Assembly (NCBI GenBank): GCA_000320545.1 | Contig: ADNK01002625.1 | Coordinates: 1-64,000, forward strand | DNA length: 64,000 nucleotides | From: Bigelowiella natans CCMP2755 | Taxonomy: Eukaryota > Protista > Cercozoa | Direction: 5' to 3' | In this document: positions 39,941-53,285 of the stretch, piece after piece | Position numbering within the stretch: the stretch's first letter is position 1 | Layout of the letters: every line of letters starts with the position of its first letter | Notes under the pieces: generated by a model | What the model was told of the DNA's origin: nothing | What the model saw: the letters and a program-made list of their open reading frames with translations, nothing else | Databases searched by the model: none | Program-made: the position numbers and the translations under genes

Positions 39941-41769
39941 ATTGATGGTCAAACTACTACTATTCACAGGATATATTGCTCAAGAATGCATCTCATCCTG
40001 GAGGTCGCATGTACTTTCTCTTTGACAGCGACGAGGACATAGGCTTTGAATACAAGAATGGCACTGTAGTCCGTATCATTGAAAACTCACAATCTCAGCT
40101 CTATGGGGTGGAGGTGGGACAATAAATCCTCGTAGTATTATTATCATATATATATACCAACTATATCATATGGTGTAGTAGTATTAGTAGTAGTCGTACT
40201 AATATATTTATATATACCAACTATATAATATGGAATAGTAGTAGTAGAGGTACTGCTCTCTCCGCCTCTCTTCTGTCACCTCTACCACCGAGAAACAAGA
40301 TATTTCCGACATAAGAAGGAGGGGAGAAAGAGAGAGAGAGAGAGAGTGAGGGAGATTGAGAGTGGAGGGGTGTGATTTTATACTTTACATTAGTATCTAG
40401 TAAGCACATAATTAGTTCTTTGTTGTTGTTTGTTGTTGTTGTGATTGTTATGCTTATGCAGGTTGGATGGCGCATTCTAAATGTAAATCGAGTACCTTTG
40501 AGGTGCTGGGCCACAGCATCATCTACATCGTCGTCATCATTGCCTTTTGCCCCTTCTTCTTCCTCTTCGCCTCAAAGAAGTACTACTACTAGTAGTAGTA
40601 CCCTCCTTGCTGTAGACGAGGAGATAAAAGAAAGAATAGAAAGGGCAAGGCTATACGGTGAGTATTCTATCGACTTTTACGTGCCACCATTGCCTGTGAA
40701 GGATGCACTCATCAATGCTTTTCGAATGGAGTATCAAGTTAAAGAAGCTTTGGAGAGAGTTGATTCTCGTCTTATGGCAATGGATACTACTTCAATCGAC
40801 TTCACACCCAAAAAATGGGATTTGATGGGGTTAGAAACTATTTGTACTTTGTTGTTCTTCTCCTGCTATCTTGATGATACCGTCATCTGTTTCCATATGA
40901 TACCTTTACTTAGTATGATCTATACATCTCTCTGACACTACCACACATCCCATATTGTGATATTATATACAATTCAAAGGCAGGAGATGGGACTATACCC
41001 CAAAATCAATGAAGATGAGGAGGAGGAGGAGGATTACATGCAAAGACGCACGGGGGGGGGGAGATTCTTCACCAAAGATGACGATTGTTGCGGCTGCGAC
41101 GATGATGATGAAGATGAAGATACAGAAGTTCTAATGGAGAAGAAACGTCGGAGAAAAGTAAGGGCAGAAGCTAAAAGAAGCCTGGATTTGATCGGACTTA
41201 AAGAAATTGACGATAATGATCCTGAGATAGATCCTGATTGGCGGCGTGTTTTGATTCAAGTTGAAAATGTTCCTTTTGGAATGCTTGTATGGCCAAACCC
41301 CCCCCCCTGCAACTACTATATCTCAAATGACTCAGCGGTGCTACAGCTACTACTGCTACTACTACTAATACAACTAATAGTATTGCTGTCTCTCATCAAT
41401 ATGCTGTATATGTGCTCTTGCTACTTTTGGGTACTTATGATTGTTATGAAAAGGGAGGAGAAGATAGTTATCATCTGATAGTATCAATCGATTTATCTGC
41501 AGTAGTAGCAGTTAGTAGTACTAATAATAGTAATAGCAGCACCAACAACAGCAGCTTGAGGCCTAAAGTGCTCCGATAACACTTAATCTCTCTCCCTCTC
41601 TCTCTTTCACTATCATCATGGATCTAATATATGTATGTATATGACAATAATGCGTTGTAGGTCGTTGAGGGTGTAGTAGGTGACGCTATGTACCAAGGAG
41701 TGAGGGCTGGAGATATCATAATAGGAGTTGATGGATACAGTGTCAATGTCTCGACGTGGAGAAAGGTAC

Positions 41770-41809
<40 letters not shown>

Positions 41810-42973
41810 CGCGCGTGCGTGTGTGTTTCTGGGCGTTAAGTAATGTTGTAAAGTATGAGGTAGAACACAATTCTCTCCTCTTTTCTACAAACACTACTAC
41901 CATTCATTCTCTTCCAGGTATTTAGTAGTGCTAAAGTGCCATTTAGGCTGCTTCTCCGGCGAAGAATTGCTTTTGGTGATTCAGAGGATGAGCACCTTCG
42001 TTCCAATGAAAAGCTGAGAGCAAGGGATAAGGGCCGAGGATACTGTTCTTCGTGTGGAAAGATGTTTCTATCACGCAAACGTTTGAAAGACCATGAGGCA
42101 AAGTGTGATGGGGTATGTGTGTGTGCGTGTGTGCTTGTGAACGACGATCTTTAACTACTACTTGTTTCTTATTAGGTTGAGGCTGCAGGCAAGATAATGG
42201 CAGAAAGACTACAAGCAAACTTCATGAGGCACGCCGCTGCTAATGATGGAGAAGACCGAGATCCAAATGCCGACATATTTGATGTAACCGAGAGAATGAC
42301 TGGTCTTAATGATGTCGGAGTAGTGATTCCTAGTAGCATCCCCAAATCTGCATCATCGTCGTCACAAAAGAAAAAGATGAAGTCCAAGAAGAAACCGACC
42401 CAGAAAAAGACCACGGTAGTAGGTGTGGATGGTATGAGAAGCAATGCTGCATCTTCAAGCAGGAACAATACACGCAGCCAGAGGAGTGGTAGTAGAAAAC
42501 AGGCCGATGTAGGACACAAGAAACGGGGCGGTGTTATCATCAAAGGTAAATCACATCATCATCATCGGAAAAAACGTCAAGAGAAGGAAGCAGCACAGCT
42601 GCAAGATGAAGAAATGAAGGGAAGAACCAGGAGAGAAGGAGAAGAAACAACGGCACATCAGCAATTCGAAACAGTCAGGGAAATGAATGAACGCCTTATT
42701 TCTGCAGATCTAAAGCGAAAGAAGTTGACAAGGTGTTGATTAGTGTCTATGCAATATGCACATTTGTTTCTATGTGGGATTGGTACTGGTAGGCCCTGAA
42801 AAACGACGTATTCTGTTTGATGCTATTCAACGACGTATTCTGTTCGTTGTTATTCAAGGTTTGGCGGGGGTGACCCTATAGAGACGGAGAAGGCGGAGAA
42901 GAGAGTAGCTCACTTCCTAAGATTGCTAAAGAAACACATTGCTATCTGCCTTAAAGCCATCAACGATGAGATC

Positions 42974-43009
<36 letters not shown>

Positions 43010-44318
43010 TAGTAGCAGCAGTGGAAGTAGTAGTAGTTGGTTTGAAACAGATAGATGCAGTAACAACTACCATTCATACAATAACTACAATAACTATGTT
43101 AAGTCGTGCAGTTCTAGACGCAGTATTGGTAGTCAACATCGTCATCATCATTATGGCCATTGAGTATGCTACTGCACACCTTGATTCCTTCCTCCTCCTC
43201 CTTGTTCTTCTTCTTCTTCTTCTTCTTCTTTCTCTTTTTAACTCAAGATATTTGGAGTTCTCCGTGGCAAGCAAAGAGCAAGAAGTTACTGCTATAGAAG
43301 CGAGTAGACTTCAAGTACTAGATACAATGTACCAATACATGATCAATGAAAACAGAAAAATAGAGGAGAGAAACAGAAACAAAGCAGCAGCTTCAAAGGC
43401 ATCCTTATCATCAACGGGTAAAGGAGAGAATGATTTCCTGTACAACACCACCAAGATAGTCAACGAGCGCAAGGATATCGAAGATAGAATACGCGGAAGA
43501 AGAGATGCAAGGAAAGATAGGACGGAAAGACTCATGGGGTGGCTAGAGTACCTCGAAGCAAAGTCTCTAAGACTTAAGAACAAAATATACACGGATCCTG
43601 GTGATACACGGCTAGACTACGTGGCAGGTGATGCTGATGTACACGGAAAAACCTTGCATAGCAGAGAACACAGTGGCTTTATTGAGGTTCCAGAACCATC
43701 CAGCATCGTCTCCATGAAGGATGATCGTATAGATGAGACGATGATACCATTCGAGGTCGAGGTAGAGCGCCCAGATGGCACGATGGAAATCAAAACAAGG
43801 TCCTTTCACACGCAAGAGACTCTCCTAAATGCTGAAAAACTTCAACAGGAGCTCAGAGCTGCTGTTGGGAGGAAGGGGATTGAAGTACTATCCCCCGTGA
43901 ACAGCAGCAGCAGTATTTGTGATGCCTCTGCCCTACTTCGGAAAGTTGCAAAGCCACCAGCACTATCATCATCATCATCATCATCATCATCGTCGTCGTC
44001 ATCTTCAAAAGGACGGCAACAACAGCTTAGTGCTGCTGCTGCCTGTTGTTGTAGTGGTAGTAGTAGTGACAGTGATGCTATGAAGAATGAATCTCAAGAA
44101 CAGCAGCAACAGCAAGGAGGCTATGCTGATGATCTCATTTCAATATCTGGTTCTTTGTCTCCGTTTGGTGAAACCATCACCGATGATGAGAAGAAGAACA
44201 ACAACAACAACAACCTAATTACTTGTGGCAGCAATAAGGCCGTTAATGATGAAAAGGAGGTCATCTTTGCCGATAAAGGTACTAGGATAAACCAAATTCT
44301 ACCCCCGCGCTATCTCTC

Positions 44319-44358
<40 letters not shown>

Positions 44359-44439
44359 TCTCAGGTGTGTAGTGTGTATTTGATAATTATGCTCAATGGT
44401 GATATAATAATACTAAATGATATATCAGGTAAATTTTGA
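32957..44439 (+). CDS. Large multidomain protein: NHL-repeat propeller, RanBP2-type zinc finger, up to three PDZ-like domains, C2HC-type finger, coiled coil (could be two genes)
   Basis: NHL repeats: AMFETPMGIAID, VADTDNNRIRRI, LNSPRAVACDKHGNVYIADSSN and FHNPAGLCIDKYGNILVADTTNCKIRRL. Zinc finger WRCSLCGNMN..CANCG at about 37172. PDZ-like segments KPLGITL..GVSINDSLITIN, IGFEY..GVEVGWRILNVN and PFGML..GVRAGDIIIGVDG. YCSSCGKMF..HEAKC at about 42040. Confidence 0.65.
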
Positions 44440-44529
44440 ATGCAAACGTATCGTATGGCAATATCTAGACATATTAATGAAGATCGATATGATGATGTAA
44501 GCCTGTAAATCAGATTAAATGTGGTACCA

Positions 44530-46090
44530 CATGCATCTCTAGATCTGGCAGATGTTGTGTCCATCAGCATGATGCATCACTCATCGCGGCAGCTGCGATT
44601 TGAAGTGTCCTAGCTAATCTTAAAATGTGGAGATTCACAGGAGTCTACCTGCAAGTGGCCCTCTAGCCCCTCCTCCTGCTGCATGTAGCCGTGTTCGCAT
44701 GTCTAGCTAGATGAACGCAAATTTGTCTGTTAGCCATGTGTGCATGTTCAGATTTGTGCGCATGTGCCATCTAGCTGTAGCACATGCTGGCAATTCAGCA
44801 TGGCATGTGTGCTAGCTAGCTGGCGGCATGCACACATGCATGCATGTGATGTCATTGTGTCAGTGTGTTCAGTTGGTGCACTGACACGTTGAGGGCATCA
44901 GCAGCATGTCTAGATGTGCATGCAGCTAGCTAGCTAGCTAGATGGATCAGATGGATGTGACAAAATGATCAAATTTGTGCAACGATCGACGTGATCGGGT
45001 TGGGATTGTCAGGGTCCCAGCTAGCCAGGCATGTCTCTAGCTAGCTAGATGGATCAGATGGATGTGACAAAATGATCAAATTTGCACAACGATCGACGTG
45101 ATCGGGTTGGGATTGTCAGGGTCCCAGCTAGCCAGGCATGTCTCTAGCTAGCTAGCTAGTGCCAGCTAGATCCAGAGATGTCCATGCACGTCACTGACGC
45201 ACATGCGCATCGCATGCACACGTTGCACCAGCACACCCATGGTGGTGCGGTGGCGGCAGCCGGCTAGGTGTGCGCGTTGCATCCAGTGTTCCTAGTTTTG
45301 TCGCTAGCTAGCCACGCTAGCTAGCTAATTCGCTGCGGCCTCGCGCTAGCGCTAGCTTCCAGAGCCGCTGCAGCTGCTAGCTCGCGGAAAATTTCAATTT
45401 TTGCAACCACTAGCTGTGCATCTAGCGCCGGCCATCAGCAGACCGCACCACAAAATGCTTGCGCAAACAAAGCTAGCTAGGTGGACACGACATGGATGCG
45501 ATGTCTAGATGTGCTGCTGCTGACATGTGCGCATGCACAACTGCATCAATCCCGGTGACGAGTGGGTTTTGAACAAACTGTGCTTTGCGCGTGCGGCCTG
45601 GCGCGCTCAATCGTTGCAATTGGTCATTGGAAGCACACTGGAGCCTGTTTGAGGTTCAAATTTGATTTTTTTTCGAATTTCAGCTTGAAAACTTCATTTT
45701 TCAACGCCTGCTAGCGGGCGAAAATTGAAAAATTCTTGCCACTTTTGAACACGCTAGCGCATTTGCATTTGCGTGCCACGCACAAGTTTCATTGCAAGCT
45801 CATGAGGGTGTGCACACACTGGCTAGCTTCATGGACGTGCGAAGTTTTAGCACACGCACGCAAAAAGCAGCCACCTGGGCGCACAAAAACGCGCAAATGT
45901 GTGCTCAATGGCTCTCAATTGAAAATTCAGGCCATTCGTTACACACTTGATGCAGTTGTGCATGTGCCAGCATGGAGTTTTCAAATCGGGATCTAGAGAT
46001 GTCTACACGTCTAGACGTTCTAGCGCACAATGTCTGTCTTAGACAACCTCAGTAATAATCTTGCACTAGCTATCTAGTCTAGATGGCATG
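44530..46090. other. TpA-depleted, CTAG-rich intergenic block 4 (clearest example)
   Basis: From about 44781 to 45930, TpA occurs essentially only as CTAG; the exceptions seen are CTAA at about 45325 and TTAG at about 45847. CpG is plentiful. Lies between convergent 3' ends. Confidence 0.9.
44930..45155. repeat. 107-bp tandem duplication bounded by (CTAG)n
   Basis: ATGGATCAGATGGATGTGACAAAATG starts at 44942 and again at 45049. The copies differ only at 44978-79 (TG) versus 45085-86 (CA). Confidence 0.95.
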
Positions 46091-46433
46091 GGAGTTATTA
46101 TGGCTGCACATCAAAATTCAATGCGCGTCTACTCATCGTCTGGTGATCATTGCATAGATAAAAATCACGCGAACCCTTAGTGAAGAGTGGACGAACAATC
46201 GCATAGAAATTCTATCTGGCAAGGTATGTACTGATCGTGTCTTAAGAATCCTTTACTAAATTATAAACTTAGTTCAAGGACACAAAAGACGAGAAGTAAT
46301 GCACATCTAGCTATAGAAATGTGCGATATAGAAGCAAGCAGCAGCAGTTACACTCGATTGGGATTGACGGGCTAGGATCCTAAACAGAATTTAACTACTG
46401 CCCCATATACCACGATTCCAGTACATTTGTAAT

Positions 46434-47693
46434 TTAACGCCAGTAGGAAATCATAGGTGCCTTGTCCTTAGGCTTGTAGTTCTTTCCCGCGAGACCAGCG
46501 TTAAGGTAATCAAGAAGGGAAGGGAAAGAGTGAGCGTAGAAAGGATCCTTGTAGGAAGTCTCTAGAGGAGTTCCCTTGATCTCATCAGGAATATCGGTTG
46601 GGGTAAGGCCCATGTTGAGCTCATTGTCTGCGCGCTTGAGATTCTCTGGCTTACCCCATCGCTGAGGGTCTAAAAGTTAACAGTTTAGTTAGTTGGTGTG
46701 TTTGCGAGTTGCTAGAGCATTGGCGAGCATGGTGTGGACGTTGAAGCTTCATTTTGGTGAGAGAATAAAAGCTTCACATTAAAAATCTAACCGACAAGGA
46801 TCGGAAACAAAAGCAAAATTGATTTTTTTAGGTGAATGCATCTCGATGTATTTGTCTAAATGCAAATAAGCTGCATTACTAAGCTTTTCGAGCTTCTGGT
46901 AACGAGCCAATAAGTATCCCCTGAGGACTTCGTGGAAGGCAGCAGCTCCCAGTCCCATGTAGGCAATTCGCTGTGGATCTGCGAAAAATATTGTGCAGAC
47001 AATGTGAGCGTTGCTTAATGTCTAATTAAAACGACGGGTTGAAATTAAAAATTTCACAAAAGTTTACCGAAAGGGGATCCTGGGGTAAGGAAAGATCCTC
47101 CTCCACCAGCACCGACATTGACGCGTGTGCGAGAAGGCATGCGAGTTCTTGCAACTGATTACCATTATTAGAAATTCATTTAGATAGAGCATTTTTTTAG
47201 TGTCAATTATTGCTATCACTGTAATTTTTCATGTAGGAAGCATATTAGCGTTATTCGTTGTATTAGCAGCAAAAATCCCGTATGGACTACACATTTTACA
47301 ATCCATCTCGTTTTATGTGAAAGGAACTTCGGTATCAATCCCCCCTCCCCTTTGTCATCCTACCTCCACGTGGAGCAGCAAGCGCAACGTCATTAGATCC
47401 GGAAAGAGCAAAGCTTAGGCCAACGCAAACGCAGACTATGCCTGCGGCAGCAAGGACGCCATACCTAAAATTATTTCACGTGTGAGTAACAATGATGGTT
47501 GTTAACGACTCGCATATAAGCTATTTTTTTCGTAGCCACCAATCATAATGTAATTCCACTTCGTGTGGCCATTATCAAGGGTCGTAAACATGAATTCTCC
47601 ACTATGTCTAGCTGGGCTAAATACGTACTTCAGCATCTTCTTGTTGGAGAGGGAAGAGGAGGAATGCGGGAAGGAAGCGTAGTTTGCGTCCAT
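46434..47693 (-). CDS. Small plastid-targeted protein of unknown family, five exons
   Basis: In-frame splice: MDANY..KKMLK|YGVLAAAGIVCVCVGLSFALSGSNDVALAAPRG|VARTRMPSRTRVNVGAGGGGSFLTPGSPF|DPQRIAYMGLGAAAFHEVLRGYLLARYQKLEKL|NPQRWGKPENLK..MISYWR*. Signal peptide plus R/S/T-rich transit-like peptide. Confidence 0.8.
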
Positions 47694-49679
47694 TGTAATT
47701 TTGATCTCAATCTGAAGCTTCGCGCTTTCTTTCCAGTTGCTACTAATTAAGATCTAAGTTTCGTCTTTATCAAGATCAGTAAACTCCAGTATAAAACAGA
47801 TATTTGGATATACATATTACATAATGTGAAAAAGACAAGGTAATTTTCCACAATATAAGTAAAATATGCGCTCGCGAATCATGCACTATCAACAGCAGTT
47901 GATAAAATAAATTTTGCCTTTTATGTCTCTATTTATTTTATACGACAGGAAAGTAATATTTACTTGTAATAATTTATAGGATATTTTTGTTAAATGTGAA
48001 AGTTTTTTCGAAAAAAAGGGATTCTTACTGAATAACGATTTAATTTTCTTTCTTTGCAAACCGAGATGATTTTAGAACGCCGTTAGTTTCCGACATAAAT
48101 TTGAGTCGTAGGGGATATTATCAATTTAATAGACTATATTTATTCAATTTTCTTCTCGGTCAATATATTTAGCACTCTCTTGGAGTTATGTCCCCCCTTT
48201 TATTTCGCATCTCGCCGGCCTCTTTTTGCGCTTGTGGTCTTAAATGAGCCGAGAAAGATTAATATGTATCATGTATTTCCTCCTTTATCTAGTAACGACA
48301 ATAATATGTATTTTGTCGTAAGGAAATTAGCTCGATTCAAACTGTTAACATTTATTAAAATTGTCTTCAAATATTGAATGAGACATCATTTCATGGTTGT
48401 CGTCAATAATTGAAATCAGCGAAGAGCTCACTTCGGGGCCTAAAATGTTTTTCTGGATTCCGAGAACGGGACCGAAGTTTTTTAGATTGTCGCAAGGTAA
48501 AAACGTGATGTAATTTTACTAATTGTTGGATAACATGACGTACTCAAACGATCGATGTCCTCCCTCGAATAGATCTACCACATCCAAAGAGGGCCTCCCT
48601 GCTGTTTTCACGCTGCTTTCTTGTGAGCGATGATGTATCGTATTTGCAGAGGGCGGCCTTTTTACTGCATCATCGCCTATTCGATGCCCTCACGATCATC
48701 TCTCCTAAGTCGACGAGATCGTTTCCACAGTCAGAATATTTGTAGTGGTGCTACTACGGCTGCATCGCCGTTACTTGAAAGCATCGTGGACATGAACCGC
48801 TGCCCAATTCACGACCCAAAGGCAATTATGTCATAATTATGATACAAACTTATCGAACAACAAAATAGACTCAGTGATAAGATAGTGCATGTCTGGTTAA
48901 ACAGCTTCTTCCATTGCAACTGAGCGAATACACAACACACTCTCCTTGCCGTAACATTGCAATTATAAACAAAAACTGTCAACGAACAGTTCGCAATTGA
49001 ATGCCGAAAGAAAATGGACTACTCTGTCGAGGATGGGGAGGGGCTGTGTCACTTAGCAGGTCTCCTTCCATACGAAATGCACCAACGCATGGATAAAGAG
49101 AAAGAGAGAGAGAGAAAGAGAGAGAGAAAGAAACAGAAAGAAAGAGATAAAAATACGTATCTGATTCCAAAATATACATTGGTCTTTCTCTTCGATGAGA
49201 TATGTTGGTGGACCGGCGATTTGTTATGACTCACCGTCATAAAACTACGTAGCACGAATACTAGACGCTGTCATCACACGCGCTTCGCACTCCATTGATC
49301 ACTATTATTCTCCATTCTATCTATCTTAGATTTTCTTACACCAGAGGGCACACGCCTGCTTCAAGCTGAAGCAAATTCGGTCATTCGATGGTTTACAGAA
49401 TAAGTGTAATGTTGGAAACCACTTGGCATTTTCACCACCACTCATCGGTAGCATTTTATATATGATGTATATAAGTAGGTAAAGTCGCAGGCCTTCTACA
49501 GTGATGAAAGCCACAACGCTTATTTGGAAAAGGTAGTGGCTGATTGATCGTTGTAATCATCTTTTAGACGACTTTCTCCCCTATCATAGCATCTGTTAAA
49601 TACCTTACCAAACCGCAGGAAGATCAAAACTATCCAGCCAACCACGCAAGAAATATGCAGCAAGTCAGTTCTTCTTTGA

Positions 49680-50420
49680 TCATATTTCTCGTTTCATTCG
49701 ATCTCCTACATAACACATACGACATGCAGCGTAAACAGGATGTATCTTGACTTGAAATGTGTAGAGCTTATGTCCAACCGAATACCCCCCTTTTGTAGAG
49801 GAGCACGAAACGACTCGTCGCTGCAGATCAAATGGAGTTCCCCTCCTCCGCATCATCATCCGGCATTCTTTTGGTGAGAACGTGCAGCATGACGTCATAA
49901 CGTTGTACTTCAAATTGTATTGGTAGTATGGATCTTAATGCAATGGTTTGTTCTGCTGTATCATCATTCAGTATCTCTATAAGTCACCATTACTCAAATA
50001 TTTTGTCCAAGGTACTCGTACTCGTAGTGGTAGTAGTGGTAGTAGTAATAGTAGTAGTATTCAACATCTTGCTACTGGATATGCCAACCCACACCAACAA
50101 ACAACCTCCTAACCCACCCCCCCCTCCTTTCATCATCCATTCCTCTCTATCTCTCTAGCATGCGGTCTTGAGCATGTAAGGCCTCCTGGCTATTCGTCCT
50201 GCCAGTTCCTCCCCCCTCTATATTGCTGGTGTTCTTATACATTGTGTGGTTTCTCAAAGAGGTGATAGGGGTAAAGCCTTTGTACTTACAGGCAGATCCG
50301 ATGAACAAAGTAGTAGTAATAGTAGCAAACCCTTATTTTCTTAAATCAGTTGTCGTTCAATGAATGAGCGCGTTGTTATGGAATACTACTCTAAAGTGCG
50401 TGCATGAATTTCATGTAGTG

Positions 50421-50464
<44 letters not shown>

Positions 50465-50584
50465 GCGTGCGTGTGTATGTGTATGTGTGCGTATACACGT
50501 GCACACTTGATTTGAAATTACTGGTGTAATTTGTTGAGGTACATCTGAACTACTTCTCTCCTGGCGATGAGCTCGGTACTAGAT

Positions 50585-50620
<36 letters not shown>

Positions 50621-50892
50621 AAAGGGGTGTGCGGTGTAGTTAGCCATAGAGAGCTACATAATCAATCTAAGAATATATGAAGCGATGTTTGGTAACATTA
50701 AGTTCCTACCCGTTTTTCCTCAGGCTGGCATTTTGATAATTCTGAGTTCTTCGTCAACCTGCTCTTGCAAGCGCCAACGTAACCACACATTTTGCAAACA
50801 AAACGTTAATAATTTGTTCACTGATGGAATGAGAAGACTCATTTTTATATCACTAGTTGTATGTAGAACATATACGAATATTATGATTTATA

Positions 50893-50931
<39 letters not shown>

Positions 50932-50954
50932 TAAAGTGTGGTAATAATATATAC

Positions 50955-50994
<40 letters not shown>

Positions 50995-51100
50995 TAAATA
51001 ATATGCTAACGTGATATTAAAGTAGCGAGTGGCAGAACTAACGTTTGTATTTGCCATACACATTGGACGAACCATCATAAGTCACACTACTCATGCGATG
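49680..51100 (-). CDS. Possible small hypothetical spliced gene
   Basis: Short open segments between microsatellite-bearing intron-like stretches (about 50520-50580, 50710-50790, 51043-51100). No motif recognised. Confidence 0.25.
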
Positions 51101-51793
51101 CTGGTTTATTGAATTCACCGCCTTAGTTCTGGTGGTGAGTTTGAGTTCGTCGCTAGAAGTAGGACAGAAACGGATCCAAACTACTCGATTGTGAAACAGG
51201 TTTTTGTATTAATTGCACTAGTACTAAGTGGTGCAATCGCATGTGTTCGAATTGCAAAGAAGAAGAAGAAAACAGTTTCCACTTCATCAACAGTAACTAC
51301 ATACACCCAAATTTGGCTAAGGAGCAATAGTTCTGTATAGTTGTAAAAATAATATATCCTTCCTACAAGGTCCTCGATGGAAGGAAATCTGTGACGACAG
51401 TGGAGGTCATTAGTTGTTCGTTAATATAGGAGCTATTTTACCTTCTTATGTGATTATGTGGGGCGATTGTATAAGAACAGAAATAGACAACTCAAAATAC
51501 CTATTCCAACATGATCGCGCACGTGCCGATATTTTGCGACAATAATATTCACTTCTTGTTATCTTATGTCAGCCTACTTCCGGTTCTCTGCTGATATTTC
51601 GGGGAAAATATTCGATACATCGCGTGAGGCAAGTTATAGGTAAGATGCGGCGCTGCTTCATGTGCTAGTCTATAGTAGCACGTGCGTGTGTTACTCCACC
51701 GATATATAGAGTTTTATGTGTAGATCATCATTGCTATCATCATCTCCACCTCACATTAACAACGACAACACTGTTATATAACCCTGATGCAGA

Positions 51794-52207
51794 TGGAGAG
51801 CGCATAACCGCTATTCTAAATTACGAACAGCAGCCTGGGTACCACATTACGCATTTCTAAGTCTATAATTTATAGCAGTGTTGGGTGCAGAAAGAAAGTC
51901 GAAATAGTCGAGATACTACGTCTGCTTTCTTCATTATACCTACTCTTACATCTCTGGCAAGTTGGATTTTTTTTTTCAGAGTAGGTTGATACATGTAAAA
52001 GTTATTTTAATGTAACAGTGATCTGTGTCTTTACATGTTTATGTGTGTAATTTATCTAGATTTAACGTTATGTACGGATGTAGTCGTTCTCCATTCTCTC
52101 ATATGCTAAACTATTTTCACTTCATCAGAGTAATTATGAATGAATACACGAGGAAGAAATTCTTTGGAAGAACGTTGGACGATGTACAGCCGCAGAACAC
52201 ATCTTGA
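51794..52207 (+). CDS. Possible short hypothetical spliced gene
   Basis: Candidate exons MGERITAILNYEQQPG, VGCRKKVEIVEIL and RVIMNEYTRKKFFGRTLDDVQPQNTS* with AG/GT-like ends. Unverified. Confidence 0.25.
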
Positions 52208-52289
52208 TTCCACAAAAGAAAATTGTACGCGGAAGAAATAGTCTGCAGGTACTAATTAAAACACATCTTTGTGATTGTTGGCGCATGGA

Positions 52290-53070
52290 TTATGTGCAGA
52301 TGCAAATATGCACAGCTTTGCTATGTGCACTGGTGTGTCTTGATCTGTGCATCTAGACATCTCCAGATCTACGAATGAATGTGTGCGTAGACATCACTAG
52401 CTAGCTAGATCACAACGCGGCACCCTGCATTTGTTAGCTTGGACTGTGATGTGCATGAAAACATCGTTTCAAGACAGACACAAGTTGCGCATTTTCAAGG
52501 TGCATGCGTGCTAGCGTGTCCATGCATCAATGCATGCTAGCTACTGCCATGCCAGCATGCCCCAACGTGAGCCCTGCAGTCTGGAACCAGCAAACACAAG
52601 CGTGCAATGCTGGAATGGACAACTGTGCACGTCTCTAGGTCTAGCTAAACCTGCTGAAGACGTGTGCCTGTGATTGGCAGCAGTCAGAGATGTGCACGCC
52701 TGGCTAGCTGGATGCACGCCAGCACGCGTGCACGTTGTGAGATTTGACTCCTGCGGTCAGAGTGTGGATCATTGTGAACACGGCCACAACTTGCAACGAG
52801 GGGTCAGTGCACAATCACCGCCCAACAAACAAACGTGCAAAAAACGCGTGGACGGAACACTCGGCACAGGCACCGCAGACGACGGTTTGGCGGCTGCAAA
52901 CGCTGGAAACAAACGGCATCCTTGCAACTGTGATCATTCCTGGAAGTTGATGTTCAACAGCTGTGCAGATTCGGACACAGAGTTGGCCAATCCATCTTTG
53001 TCCGTCCATCGTCTGCCTGCAGCTGGCTTAGCTGGAGCCAGATTGTCCGTCCATGAAGAAACATGAGTGC
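52290..53070. other. TpA-depleted, CTAG-rich intergenic block 5
   Basis: TpA nearly confined to CTAG and to CTA/TAG half-sites, with CpG retained. Confidence 0.8.
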
Positions 53071-53285
53071 AACATGAAACATAACCATTGGTGTTTTTGC
53101 ACCGGTAGTGCATGCTCTTTCTGATCGAAGTGAAACACGCATACTTTGATGTCGTAATGAAGAAATTGCCTGGTCTAAGCCTCTTCCGTGACTACGCGAC
53201 AACAATGATGCACCCATGCGCTTGTTGTCTCACAAACAAAACACAGGCCATTTAATCATTGCTTCTGCGATACCCTTCGGAAAAA

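Noticed and set aside
44530-46090. Explaining the blocks by 5mCpG deamination or fungal-type RIP
   Set aside because: CpG is retained and TpA is lost, whereas those processes remove CpG or create TpA. Not formally excluded without counts.
46434-47693. Possible light-harvesting complex protein
   Set aside because: No ExxxxRxAM chlorophyll-binding motif and no three-helix pattern.
52674-53217. Several 60-130 aa ORFs inside block 5 (likewise in blocks 1, 4, 6 and 7)
   Set aside because: Expected by-product of losing TAA/TAG stops; no motifs.
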